Below, piece after piece: positions 40,003 through 49,562 of a stretch of 64,000 bases of DNA. The position numbers were made by a program, and so were the translations under genes. Under the pieces are notes generated by a model. The model saw only the letters and a list, made by a program, of their open reading frames with translations. It did no database searches and was not told the origin of the DNA. Position 1 is the stretch's first letter; the number at the start of each line of letters is the position of its first letter. This stretch comes from Pirellulaceae bacterium (GTDB lineage: Bacteria > Planctomycetota > Planctomycetia > Pirellulales > Pirellulaceae): positions 37,291 to 101,290 of the forward strand of contig JBGSHS010000168.1 in assembly GCA_041752115.1 (NCBI GenBank). Reading direction: 5' to 3'.

Positions 40003-41475
40003 CTAGCGTCCCACGCGTGCCTTGCGGTGTTCGACGCGCCGAAGAAACACGTCGATGATCCGTCGATACAGATCGTCCTTCAGTACCCGGTCTTCGTAGC
40101 CGTAATTCACGTTCGGGTTGTCATTGACTTCAATCACATGGAAATGGCCGTTCGACTGCTTAACATCCACACCATAGAGGCCGTCCCCGATGAGATTGGC
40201 CGCCTTGAGGGCTGCTTTCACGGCGCGTCGCGGAGCCAGTTCGACCGGCACCGTTTCGGCGCGCCCATACCGGCGCTGATTCGGGCCATCCCGCTGGACG
40301 ATCTGCCAATGCCCTTTGGCCATGTAGTACTTGGCGGCAAACAACGGCTGCAGATCGAGAATGCCAATCCGCCAGTCGAAGACCGTGGGCACGAATTCCT
40401 GCGCCACGACCAGATCAGAATTCGTGAAGAACTCGCGCAGCTTCACTTCCAGTTCCACTTCGGTCTCGACTTTGACGACGCCCAGGGAAAACGAACTGTC
40501 CGGCTTCTTTAAGACACACGGGAATCCCAGTTGCTGCGGAATTAACGAAACATTGCCCGGGTGCACCACGATCGTGCGCGGTGTGGGAACGTTGTGCCGG
40601 TTCATCAATTCGGCCAGATAGACCTTGTTCGTACAACGCACGATCGATTGCGGATCGTCGATGACGACAAGTCCCTCGCTGGCCGCTCGGCGAGAGAACC
40701 TGTACGTGTAATGATTCACGTTCGTCGTATCGCGGATGAACAGAGCATCGAATTCAGCGATGCGCCCGTAGTCATCACGTGTGATCATCTCGGCACTCAT
40801 GCCAGCCGACTCGGCCGCTTTGACGAACTTGCGCAGAGCGACGTCATCCGAGGGGGGTTCCGGATCGTCGGGATTATGGAGAATGGCCAGGTCGAATCGG
40901 GGCTGCGTCTTGCGCTTGACGCTGGTGCCTCGCCCGGCGAAGTGCTTGGTCGCGACATCGATCACGAATGGCCAGTGCGCCTGAGGCACCTCGTTGGCCG
41001 CAATCGTGACCACACGCCGCAGTTGCCATCCCTGCTTCTTGTCCCGTGCAAACTCCGCCCGCAACAGCGGAGACTGGAACTGGTTGAACAAATGCAGACT
41101 CAGACGCTCATACCGCTTGGCAGTGTTCCGGCCGAAGTAAATGCTGAGCGTAAAGGTGTCGGACTTGATCGGCGCCAGGCTCTTCTGAATCAGCTCCTCT
41201 AACTCTTCCGATGCCATGCGGACGATGGCCTGCGTCTTCAAGTCCTGCAGCGTGGCGATGTTCGGCAACGGTTTGTGCCCCCGGGCCTCCGCCAGCAAGG
41301 ACACGTAGTAGCCGGTGCTCTGGTAGCGGTAGGAGCGGCAGAGATTGATGACCTTCGCCCCTCGCCGTTCACTGAACTCCGGATGCGTTAAATAGGAGCG
41401 AGCGTCGACCACTTCGACGTTCGCAATCTCGAAAGGCCAGTCGGTCGGCGAACTGGCAACTACGAGAATCGTCAT
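40003..41475 (-). CDS. RimK-family ATP-grasp ligase with N-terminal RLAN-type domain
   Basis: 490 aa. N-terminus ...KVINLCRSYRYQSTGYYVSLLAEARGHKPLPNI (RimK-like ATP-grasp N-terminal domain, recollection). ATP-grasp core PCVLKKPDSSFSLGV, VAQEFV, GVDVK...HVIEVNDNPN. Confidence 0.8.
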   Translation of the reverse strand: MTILVVASSPTDWPFEIANVEVVDARSYLTHPEFSERRGAKVINLCRSYRYQSTGYYVSLLAEARGHKPLPNIATLQDLKTQAIVRMASEELEELIQKSLAPIKSDTFTLSIYFGRNTAKRYERLSLHLFNQFQSPLLRAEFARDKKQGWQLRRVVTIAANEVPQAHWPFVIDVATKHFAGRGTSVKRKTQPRFDLAILHNPDDPEPPSDDVALRKFVKAAESAGMSAEMITRDDYGRIAEFDALFIRDTTNVNHYTYRFSRRAASEGLVVIDDPQSIVRCTNKVYLAELMNRHNVPTPRTIVVHPGNVSLIPQQLGFPCVLKKPDSSFSLGVVKVETEVELEVKLREFFTNSDLVVAQEFVPTVFDWRIGILDLQPLFAAKYYMAKGHWQIVQRDGPNQRRYGRAETVPVELAPRRAVKAALKAANLIGDGLYGVDVKQSNGHFHVIEVNDNPNVNYGYEDRVLKDDLYRRIIDVFLRRVEHRKARVGR

Positions 41476-41534
41476 CAGGTCCTCCTTGCATGCGCTGGCC
41501 GCCTATCTCCACAGACAGCCATGTGAACCAGATT

Positions 41535-42263
41535 TCAGCGAGTGCTTCTTCGGTGCGGTGTGATGATCAACAGATTGGCATCATAGGTCAAGACCCCCAG
41601 CAGAATGGCACAAATGAGTCGATCCAGTCCGACCTCATAATAATGCTCGAGGCCGAAAGGATTGGGAAGATAAGGATCGGCCACGGAGACCTTGCGCAAC
41701 AGTTTGTCATACCCGCACAAAACCACGAAGTGACCAGTGGCTGAGCCATGCACATCATCCGGCCGGCCGTCATGCCCCAGTTCGCGGGGATCCGTGTACA
41801 AGTAAGTGGAACAGAGACCAGTGAGGATCGGGATGGAGCGGTTAAGGTAGCGGCGAATCAAAGCGCCGTTGAGATCCTGCATCTGTATCGTGCCGCCTTG
41901 CTGTAGGAACTGGACGTAGGCCAAACTGGCTGTCCGCAGTCGAGGGGACTCCTTGACCGCCATCTGAGCTCTCAGTCGTTGGATCAGGTCCGGCCCTCCC
42001 GGCCGAAACCAAGTGGGATCGAATACTTCCAGATTGTACGTGTAAATCGACGCGTCGAAGCCGCGCTGCAGAGCATCACACCCCAACAGCACGGCCAGCG
42101 TACCACCATGTTGTAGAGTGGGTACGTCGAGAATTAACTGGCCCAGCGGGAGCTCTAAGCCGAAATATCGGTACACGGCATGCAAACAGGTAGGCCCGCA
42201 CGTCGTGTTATCTGGTTGCGGCAGGATGTCAAGGCGAAGTTGTTTCTGCAAGGGAGTGCTCAA
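41535..42263 (-). CDS. Papain-fold C39-like cysteine peptidase/transferase
   Basis: 242 aa. QPDNTTCGPTC (Gln-x5-Cys) and GHFVVLCGYD...VADP give a Gln/Cys/His/Asp arrangement typical of C39-like enzymes. Confidence 0.65.
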   Translation of the reverse strand: MSTPLQKQLRLDILPQPDNTTCGPTCLHAVYRYFGLELPLGQLILDVPTLQHGGTLAVLLGCDALQRGFDASIYTYNLEVFDPTWFRPGGPDLIQRLRAQMAVKESPRLRTASLAYVQFLQQGGTIQMQDLNGALIRRYLNRSIPILTGLCSTYLYTDPRELGHDGRPDDVHGSATGHFVVLCGYDKLLRKVSVADPYLPNPFGLEHYYEVGLDRLICAILLGVLTYDANLLIITPHRRSTR

Positions 42264-42640
42264 CCACTAACGTGCTTGCCGATGGGGCATAGTGAGTAGA
42301 CGCTAGCAATCAAGAATCGGACCTGTTGCCGCCGGCCGAAGTGACCAGGAGGCGTCATCGTCTGCCGCCGATACGCCTGGATCGCATGGTCACCATGCGA
42401 TGTCCAATGGCCGCGACCGCCTGGGGATAGAGGGAATCCCAGCCCGCGCGGGTGGAATCGGCCAGAACCACCACTCTGCCGCCAGCGGTAATCTGGCTGA
42501 TCCGGCTCCCGGCTGCCAGGGCAACAACAGGAGAATTGTAGCGATCGGCTGCAGTCACGGGAATGCCAGGATCCCTTCCCCGGTCTGGTGTCGGGCTTGG
42601 CTCGCCTAGCCCGACTGGTGGCCGACGGCGGTCGCCGACC

Positions 42641-43003
42641 CGATCGGCCTGTCGTGGTCTGAATCGCGACGCGGCTTTCCTCTGGCAGAGTGTCTGCTTT
42701 CCTGTCTGTGGCTTGCTTTCCTGGAATTCCGCATTGTCGCAGTGTGGCATTGTCGCGTTCCCTATTCCCGTTCCACTGTCGATCGGCCTGTCGTGGCCTG
42801 AATCGCGACGCGGCGCCACCAGGCGCAGAGTGTCTGCCTTCCCTCCCTCTGCCAGGCGCAGGGTGTGTGCTTTCCCCTGTCTCCTGGAATTCCGCATTGT
42901 CGCAGTGAGGCATTGTTGCATTCCCTGTTCCCGTTCCACTGTCGATCGGCCTGTCGTGGCCTGAATCGCGACGCGGCTTTCCTGGCAGGGTGTCTGCTTT
43001 CCT
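42641..43003. repeat. Tandem array of a 139-163-bp unit (2 full copies + ~60-bp partial)
   Basis: CGATCGGCCTGTCGTGG(T/C)CTGAATCGCGACGCGG recurs at 42641, 42780 and 42943. Each full unit contains GTGTCTGC.TTCC...CCGCATTGTCGCAGTG.GGCATTGT.GC.TTCCCT.TTCCCGTTCCACTGT. Confidence 0.85.
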
Positions 43004-43141
43004 CATCGCGCCATGCCTCTGGTACCCGAGCCTACCGCATAGCCAGAGAGCCTGTGAGCACTTGCTCACTCAAACCGCGAGGCGCGCTCGCAAGGCATCG
43101 GCCCCGGGCCCGCCGACGTTCCGGCCCGGGATTGTCTACGG

Positions 43142-44929
43142 TCACTGGCCCGTTCGCCTCAGCCGACTGACCAGTAGCCCGGCGAGCAGAATTGCGAGCG
43201 TGCCGAACACGGGAATCAGAAATGCATGGAAGGGGCTGCTCCAGCTTTGGCTCGCCTGCTTGAGCCACACTCCCCATTGTTCGGCTGGTCCGTCCGGCTT
43301 CTGGGCCATGAGGAATTCGACCAGTTTGGGAAATGACATCCAGAGGATTGTCACGATCCCGATGAGCACACCGGTAACCGCTGCCGGATTCCTGGCACGG
43401 CGGCTGATCATTCCCAGCAGGAACAGTCCGCACATGCCGCCGCCGAAGATCCCGGAGAGGGTCCACCAGATATCCAGAGCACTCTCGGTCAACCGAATCA
43501 GTGCCAGAGCCATGGCTGTGCCCAGGACGCCCCACGCGACGGTGCTAGCGTAGAGCACGCGCATGGACTGCCGCTGCGTGGCTTTGGGACGAATGAACCG
43601 CTGGTAGTAATCGCTCAGCAGCAGGGTAGCCGACGAGTTCAGGCTGGTCGATATCGTGCTCATGGCGGCCGCAAAGATGGCTGCAATCAACAAGCCGGTA
43701 AGGCCGGGCGGGAGGTGTTTCGCGATGAAGTGTGGAAACACGCGATCGCCAATGTCCTTGCTGGTAAGTTCTGTCGCCTGATCGTCCAGTTCAAGCTGGT
43801 AAGCGGTTGAGAACCGTGTTCGTTCGACGTTGTCGTATTGTGGATTGACTCCGTGCTGCATGAGGCGTTGCCGCGCCACAAGCTGCTTGACCTCCGTGAT
43901 CTCGCCTTCATGTTCGGGAGCGTGATAGAAGACGAACAGGGACGTGCCGATCAGGAAGAACAGTGCCGATACGGGGACGTAGAGCAGCGCTCCCAGCCAC
44001 ACGCTCTTGCGGGCCTCCCGGTCGCTGCTCGACGCAATGTAACGCTGGATATAACTCTGATCGATCCCGAAGTTCTGCAGATTGCTGAACAGGCCGTAGA
44101 GCAGTACCACGAGAAACGTCGCCGATCTGCCGTCCAACCACAGCACACCTTGGAAGTTGCCTGCGCCGAATTCGCCGAGGCTGAGTTTTCCTGATTCGTG
44201 CGCAGTGCGAATCACCTGCGGCAGGCCGCCGTCGACGTTGAGCAGCAGCACGAGCAGGCAGACAACGGCCCCGGCCATCAACACGATGGCTTGAACTGCA
44301 TCGGCCCAGATCACGGCGATGATACCGCCCACAAACGAGTAGACAGTGACGGAAACACCGGTGACCAGAATGACGATGCGGATGTCCCAGCCGAAGATGA
44401 CCGCCATCGGCAGAGCCATCAGGTACATGACCACTCCCATCCGCGCGATCTGCGTCAGCAGGTAGAAGACGCTGGCGTAGATTCGTGCCCAGACGCCGAA
44501 ACGATGCTCCAGCAGAGCGTACGCCGACACCTCCCCACTGGCTCGGTAGTAGGGCAAGAACCAGCGGGCGGCAATCCAGGCGGCCAGTGGAATCGACAAG
44601 CTGAACACAAACGGGTTCCAGTTCGTTACGAACGACTTGCCCGGAAGGGCCAGATAGCTGATGCTGCTCAAATAGGTCGCAAAGATGGAAAGTCCGCAGA
44701 CCCAGCCAGGCAGAGCGCGGCCGGCAGCTGTGAAACCTTCGGTCGTCCGGCTGCGTCGCCAGAAGTAGAAGCCGATCGACATCGTCACGGCGAAATAGAC
44801 GACCAGGATGAACCAATCGAGTGGTTGGAAATGGCTGTTCAACGGACGACCTGCTGTTGCGAGTGAGGAACGCTGCCGGAAACAGATGTCACTTGCCGCC
44901 CGATCTCTGCACTCCGCAGCCGCATCCAA
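43142..44929 (-). CDS. Sodium:solute symporter family transporter
   Basis: 595 aa, multi-pass. The FTAAGRALPGWVCGLSIFATYLSSISYLALPG region is typical of SSF proteins. The exact start is uncertain. Confidence 0.8.
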   Translation of the reverse strand: MDAAAECRDRAASDICFRQRSSLATAGRPLNSHFQPLDWFILVVYFAVTMSIGFYFWRRSRTTEGFTAAGRALPGWVCGLSIFATYLSSISYLALPGKSFVTNWNPFVFSLSIPLAAWIAARWFLPYYRASGEVSAYALLEHRFGVWARIYASVFYLLTQIARMGVVMYLMALPMAVIFGWDIRIVILVTGVSVTVYSFVGGIIAVIWADAVQAIVLMAGAVVCLLVLLLNVDGGLPQVIRTAHESGKLSLGEFGAGNFQGVLWLDGRSATFLVVLLYGLFSNLQNFGIDQSYIQRYIASSSDREARKSVWLGALLYVPVSALFFLIGTSLFVFYHAPEHEGEITEVKQLVARQRLMQHGVNPQYDNVERTRFSTAYQLELDDQATELTSKDIGDRVFPHFIAKHLPPGLTGLLIAAIFAAAMSTISTSLNSSATLLLSDYYQRFIRPKATQRQSMRVLYASTVAWGVLGTAMALALIRLTESALDIWWTLSGIFGGGMCGLFLLGMISRRARNPAAVTGVLIGIVTILWMSFPKLVEFLMAQKPDGPAEQWGVWLKQASQSWSSPFHAFLIPVFGTLAILLAGLLVSRLRRTGQ

Positions 44930-44967
44930 AGAACCACGGATGCGGTCGCACTTCCTCGGCTACCGTC

Positions 44968-46065
44968 TTACTTGGTGGTCTGCAGCGGTTTCGAGGTGGC
45001 CAAGGCAATTACGCGCCCCTGATCTCCCACCGCACAGTAGAAGTGGTACACCACGCCATCATGTTTGAGCAGCCAGGGCTTATGGGCGTACTGCTGATCC
45101 CAGGGCTCGCTCGGCTTGATCAAATCGGGCCCATCCCACTTGGTCCAATGCACCAGATCTCGGGAGCAGGCAAACGTATCGAAAGCGTCCGGCTTCCAGA
45201 ACGCTCCGAAATAGAACATGACCCACAGGTCGCCGATGCGCGTCACCTGCGGATCACCGCTGATCACATTCGTGGTTCGGTCAGGGTGGCAGTTTTCGAG
45301 CACAAATGAGTCGCCGTAACGCTTCCAGTGCGTCATATCGCCTGACACAGCGATGCCAATCCGTTCTGTGCCTTGTGGATGGCGCGCATTGTAGAACATC
45401 ACATAGGGTGCCCCCAGAGTCTTCTGTGGGTCGTGCATGATATGGGTTTTGAACAGGGTGTCTCGTTCGAACGCGCGTGCATCGGCATCGGCAGGACGCA
45501 GGACCGGCTCGGGCAGTTTCTGCCAGGGTTGTGCGCTGTTCGGTTCTCTGGTCCAGGCGAGTGACACCGACAGCGGCGGTGTTTCGTAACCGGGCTGATG
45601 TCCTCCCAGGTATGACATCCAGTACTTATCCTGGAACGTCCCCAGCGTATTGGTCCCCCCCCAGTTCACGTCGAACAGGGCCAATCCCCCGGCCGCTTGG
45701 CACTGGTCCCAGCTTCCCGCCTCGCCACGCGGCAGAATCGTCCCGAGCGGCTGCCACTCAAGTAAATCGGCGCTGGTTGCCAGCTGTGTGGTGTATCCGA
45801 CCGGATCGTCTTCCAGCTGAATGTAAACCATGTACCAGCGGTCGTGGTACCGAAAGACGTTGGGGCAGTCGATCATCTTGCCGGGAGGTGCGGGGATCAC
45901 GACTCCGTACTTGAACGGCGTCTTCACTTCGTCAAACACCGCCTGCATGCGATCGGGATCGATCGACACCGGAGTCGCCAGCACGTGGTCTTCGGATCGC
46001 GTGTGCGTGGCGACACAAACCGACCCGATCATGACCGACAACGTTAACCAGGTGAGCCGATTCAT
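44968..46065 (-). CDS. Secreted five-bladed beta-propeller glycoside-hydrolase-like protein (GH43/GH130-type superfamily; family unassigned)
   Basis: ORF 44968-46176. ATG 46065 gives signal MNRLTWLTLSVMIGSVCVA. CPNVFRYHDRWYMVYI, YWMSYLGG, YVMFYNA and VYHFYCA recur as blade-like motifs. Lies directly upstream of the SSF gene on the same strand. Confidence 0.55.
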   Translation of the reverse strand: MNRLTWLTLSVMIGSVCVATHTRSEDHVLATPVSIDPDRMQAVFDEVKTPFKYGVVIPAPPGKMIDCPNVFRYHDRWYMVYIQLEDDPVGYTTQLATSADLLEWQPLGTILPRGEAGSWDQCQAAGGLALFDVNWGGTNTLGTFQDKYWMSYLGGHQPGYETPPLSVSLAWTREPNSAQPWQKLPEPVLRPADADARAFERDTLFKTHIMHDPQKTLGAPYVMFYNARHPQGTERIGIAVSGDMTHWKRYGDSFVLENCHPDRTTNVISGDPQVTRIGDLWVMFYFGAFWKPDAFDTFACSRDLVHWTKWDGPDLIKPSEPWDQQYAHKPWLLKHDGVVYHFYCAVGDQGRVIALATSKPLQTTK

Positions 46066-46215
46066 AAGCGGGTTGGTCTTTCGTGTGGCAGGAAGAAGAG
46101 GCAGACGCGATATGTCCGAGATTTCTGCTGGAACCGGAACGCTCCGCCGGTCATTCCTCGAGTAACATGCGGCCACCTGGCGGCGAGGAGCAGGGGAGGT
46201 GAGCCGGATCCCGCG

Positions 46216-46674
46216 TCACTCACGATCGAGCTGCAGCATCATCTCGGAAGTATCGGAGCGGAACCCCAGTGCATGGTAAACGCGAGTGGCGCCGATGGTT
46301 GTATTGAGTCGAATACAGTTGACACCTGACTCGACCACATAGCGCCGCATCGCGTCCAGCAGGGCCGTCGCCACGCCCTTGCGCCGATATTCGGGGATTG
46401 TGTACATGTTCATGACGTGGGCTTCACGGCCCGTCAAGTTGCGGCCGTGGGGTGGCTTGCGTACGATCACCATCCCGCTGGTCCCCACTGCCTGCCCCTG
46501 CTCTTCAGCCAGCCACACCACGAAGTCGCCGGTGGGAACGCTCTCAAGAAAGTACTTCTCAACTGCCTCGCCCACCCCCTCGCCGCCATATCCGATCTCG
46601 TCGAGGAAGCGGAGGCGCAGGGCAGTGAGGGTCTGCGTGTCATCCACGGTTGCCTGTCGAATCGTCCACATCAT
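46216..46674 (-). CDS. GNAT-family N-acetyltransferase
   Basis: GGAGG upstream of ATGATG (46674/46671). IRQATVDD...VMNMYTIPEYRRKGVATALL...GFR is the GNAT core. Confidence 0.8.
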   Translation of the reverse strand: MMWTIRQATVDDTQTLTALRLRFLDEIGYGGEGVGEAVEKYFLESVPTGDFVVWLAEEQGQAVGTSGMVIVRKPPHGRNLTGREAHVMNMYTIPEYRRKGVATALLDAMRRYVVESGVNCIRLNTTIGATRVYHALGFRSDTSEMMLQLDRE

Positions 46675-46842
46675 GGAACCTCCAAAACACCGAACTGATC
46701 CTTCCAAACGCATGGGAGGTCGCGACACAGAGGAAATCAATCTGTTGCGCGGTGACACTCGCCGTGCTCAACTTGTCTTCCTTCGGCACGACCATCGCGG
46801 CGCCAAGCTACCTCGCAAGCGGCGGGAAGCGAACCGGGGATG

Positions 46843-47127
46843 TTACGATTCACCACCCCATACACAGCAGGCCTGGACCGCGCTGTTGCGCTCCGTATCG
46901 AATCCGGCCGTCTTCAGGGCCGATTCCACATCCCGTTGAGTCGGTTTCTGGTCGTCGAGGTGCACCAGGCCCCAGACCACGGTCGGACCTCCATTCACGT
47001 GGCGTCCCGTGGTCACGCGCGTGACGATCAACTGCGGGTTCAGCCGCGCCAGCAGATGCTGGATGGGATAGAACTCGTTTTCATCGCGTACCGAGAACGC
47101 TTGCGGTAGCTCAATTGCTGCTTGCAT
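46843..47127 (-). CDS. Hypothetical protein
   Basis: 94-aa ORF co-directional with the GNAT gene. No recognised motif, and a competing plus-strand ORF looks less protein-like. Confidence 0.3.
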   Translation of the reverse strand: MQAAIELPQAFSVRDENEFYPIQHLLARLNPQLIVTRVTTGRHVNGGPTVVWGLVHLDDQKPTQRDVESALKTAGFDTERNSAVQACCVWGGES

Positions 47128-47555
47128 ATCATGCTTCTCCTGGACGAACGAGATCTCGTGAGATGCTCGAAATGTGTGTGCCGGCGAATCCGTGGCAAAC
47201 GATGGCCCTCAAGGGGACATCTCGCACGACATGATGGACAACGGATGCACCGGAATGTCACTCCTGACCAAATGATTCCGATACATTGACCTCATGATCC
47301 ACGCCGCTATTCTACGGCTTCTGGATATCTTTTTCGACCCACCTTCCACGGAAACCGACAGCCGGAGCCAATGACCCGCCGTGGGCATCCGCAGCCCGCT
47401 GGCGAAGCGGCGTTACTCTCCATGCGGACCTGGCCGGACGACCGCTCAGAGAATTGCCGCCCACCGTGCGGATGGCAGGTTGTTTTGCCGCCACACTCCC
47501 AAATCGGTATATTACAGGTGCGATCAAGCCCACTTTCGTTGAGGAGAACGGAGCC

Positions 47556-49043
47556 ATGACCACTGCTACGACGCATTCGCCTGAAGTCGAGAAGTTCCTG
47601 TCCAGGCAGCCACTGGGGGGCTGGATCAATGGTCAGGAAGTGTACGCCTGCGACGGCGAGACATTTGCGACTCACGATCCCGGCACGGGGGAGCGGCTGG
47701 CTGAGGTGAGCGCGATGCAGCCGGCAGACGTGGATCGCGCGGTGAAAGCGGCAGCCAGAGTCTTCGCCGAATCTCCTTGGGCTGCGTTGGGAGCCAATCA
47801 GCGCAGTTCCATGCTTCACCGACTTGCCGATGCCGTGGAAGATCGCTGCCGCCTGCTGGCGGAACTCGAATCGCTGGATTCGGGAAAAGTACTCGCGCAG
47901 GCCGAGGGAGACGTGCGCAATTTCGTCGCAACCATGCGCTACTACGCGGAATTGGCGCTGCACATCGAGTTCCGCAGCCCTCTGGCGGTGGCTCGGCACG
48001 AAGCCTGGACGGTAAGGCATCCCTGGGGACCGTGCGCTTTCATCTTCCCGTGGAACTTTCCGATTCTGCTTGCCGGCTGGGGGATCGCTCCCGCCCTGGC
48101 CGCCGGCAACACAGTGGTCATTAAACCTGCCGAAGACACCCCTCTGTCAACACTCTACATGGCCCGCCTGGCTCAGGAAGTCGGTATTCCTGACGGGGTG
48201 ATCAATGTCGTTCCCGGATTGGGAGAAGTCACGGGGGCCGCACTTTCCGCCCATCCTGGCATCCGACGCTTGTCGTTTACTGGTTCGCCCGAAGTCGGGC
48301 GGCTCGTGGCACAGGCCTGCGGAAAGAACCTGGTTCCCGTCAAACTCGAACTGGGTGGCAAGGGAGCCGCTGTGGTGTTCGACGATGTCGACGTCCGCCA
48401 GACGGTCAAGCAACTTTCCGAGGCCATTACCTTCCATACCGGGCAGGTCTGTTGCGATGCCACACGCTGGCTGATCCACGAGTCGATCTATGATCAGTTT
48501 GTCCAGGGCTGCGTGGATCGATTGCGGCAGGTTGTGGTTGGCTATCAGCTTGATCAAAACACACAAATGGGTCCGGTCGTGAATGACAAGCAGCGCAGTC
48601 GCATCCTGAGCTATCTGCAGCGAGGGCAGGACGAGGGGGCTCGACTGCTCCTGGAGGGAGGCGCCGCGAGCGTACCTGGCCACAACGGACACTATGTGAA
48701 ACCGGCGTTGCTGGCAGGAACGCTCGACAACGTCGCTGCCCGCGAGGAGATCTTTGGCCCAGTGGCGTACCTGGCCGTCTTTCGCGACGAAGAGGAGGCG
48801 GTGCGGATGGCCAACGATACCGATTACGGTCTGGCCAACAGCGTCTGGACTCGCGATCCAGGTCGTGCCGCGCGAGTGGCGGAAGCGATGGCAGGGGGCA
48901 ACAGCTGGATCAACGCGCACAACCTCTTCCCGCACGGGGTCCCGTATGCCGGGGTGGGCAAGAGCGGCATGGGGGGAGGCGTCCTTTCCGAGCACACTCT
49001 GTTTGATTACCTTCGCAGCACATCCGTCGTGCGCCCCCTGTAG
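47556..49043 (+). CDS. NAD(P)-dependent aldehyde dehydrogenase
   Basis: GAGGAG upstream of ATG 47556. Contains ELGGKGAAVVFDD (catalytic Glu), GQVCCDATR (catalytic Cys) and FPWNFP. Confidence 0.9.
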   Translation: MTTATTHSPEVEKFLSRQPLGGWINGQEVYACDGETFATHDPGTGERLAEVSAMQPADVDRAVKAAARVFAESPWAALGANQRSSMLHRLADAVEDRCRLLAELESLDSGKVLAQAEGDVRNFVATMRYYAELALHIEFRSPLAVARHEAWTVRHPWGPCAFIFPWNFPILLAGWGIAPALAAGNTVVIKPAEDTPLSTLYMARLAQEVGIPDGVINVVPGLGEVTGAALSAHPGIRRLSFTGSPEVGRLVAQACGKNLVPVKLELGGKGAAVVFDDVDVRQTVKQLSEAITFHTGQVCCDATRWLIHESIYDQFVQGCVDRLRQVVVGYQLDQNTQMGPVVNDKQRSRILSYLQRGQDEGARLLLEGGAASVPGHNGHYVKPALLAGTLDNVAAREEIFGPVAYLAVFRDEEEAVRMANDTDYGLANSVWTRDPGRAARVAEAMAGGNSWINAHNLFPHGVPYAGVGKSGMGGGVLSEHTLFDYLRSTSVVRPL

Positions 49044-49562
49044 CTGACTACCGCCACCGCCGCCGCAAGAACCGCGCGCCGCTGCCTCTCGACGGTGGAC
49101 AGCGCGAGATGGAGCCGCCGGTTGCCGGCGTGCGTTGTGGCACGTCCGCATCTGCAGTCCTGCTTCTGAAGCACCTCGTCCGCGACCTGTCGCCACACCC
49201 GCGGTCGACGCGAAGGCCGTCGTGAGGGAGTTTGTACTTGTCCCCAAAATGGCGTATAACAACGAGGCAAACAACATGAATCGTCCAGCTACTCACTAAG
49301 GTTGAACAGTTGGCAGCGTGGGCCATCGACGTGTGCGAACCGCAGGATATCGAACAGGGAGTGTCCCATTTCCAAGTGAAAGAACCACGTTTGCCGTCCT
49401 TCGCGATCATCCGACGATCGCTCAGGCTAGGCATCCTCTTCCTTCTTCATTCTGCGGCTGGTTGTTGGATATTCTGTGGTTTTCTGCGGGATTCTGAGAA
49501 CAGTCTTGGGGCATCAACCGGTCAGAGACCCCTTTGGCGATGTCGCAGGGAAATGGCAGCCT

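Noticed and set aside
42290-42640. Possible relic coding segment (minus frame ...SPVVALAAGSRISQITAGGRVVVLADSTRAGWDSLYPQAVAAIGH...)
   Set aside because: It looks more protein-like than its surroundings, but I cannot assign a family, a start codon or a ribosome-binding site. It is left uncalled; a tblastn/blastx search would settle it.
42260-43069. 269-aa and 194-aa minus-strand ORFs with internally repeated peptide segments (ATMPHCDNAEFQE...)
   Set aside because: The peptide repeats are just translations of the 139/163-bp DNA repeat, and both frames are open across it. The composition is Arg/Gly/Pro-rich. The region is called a non-coding repeat instead.
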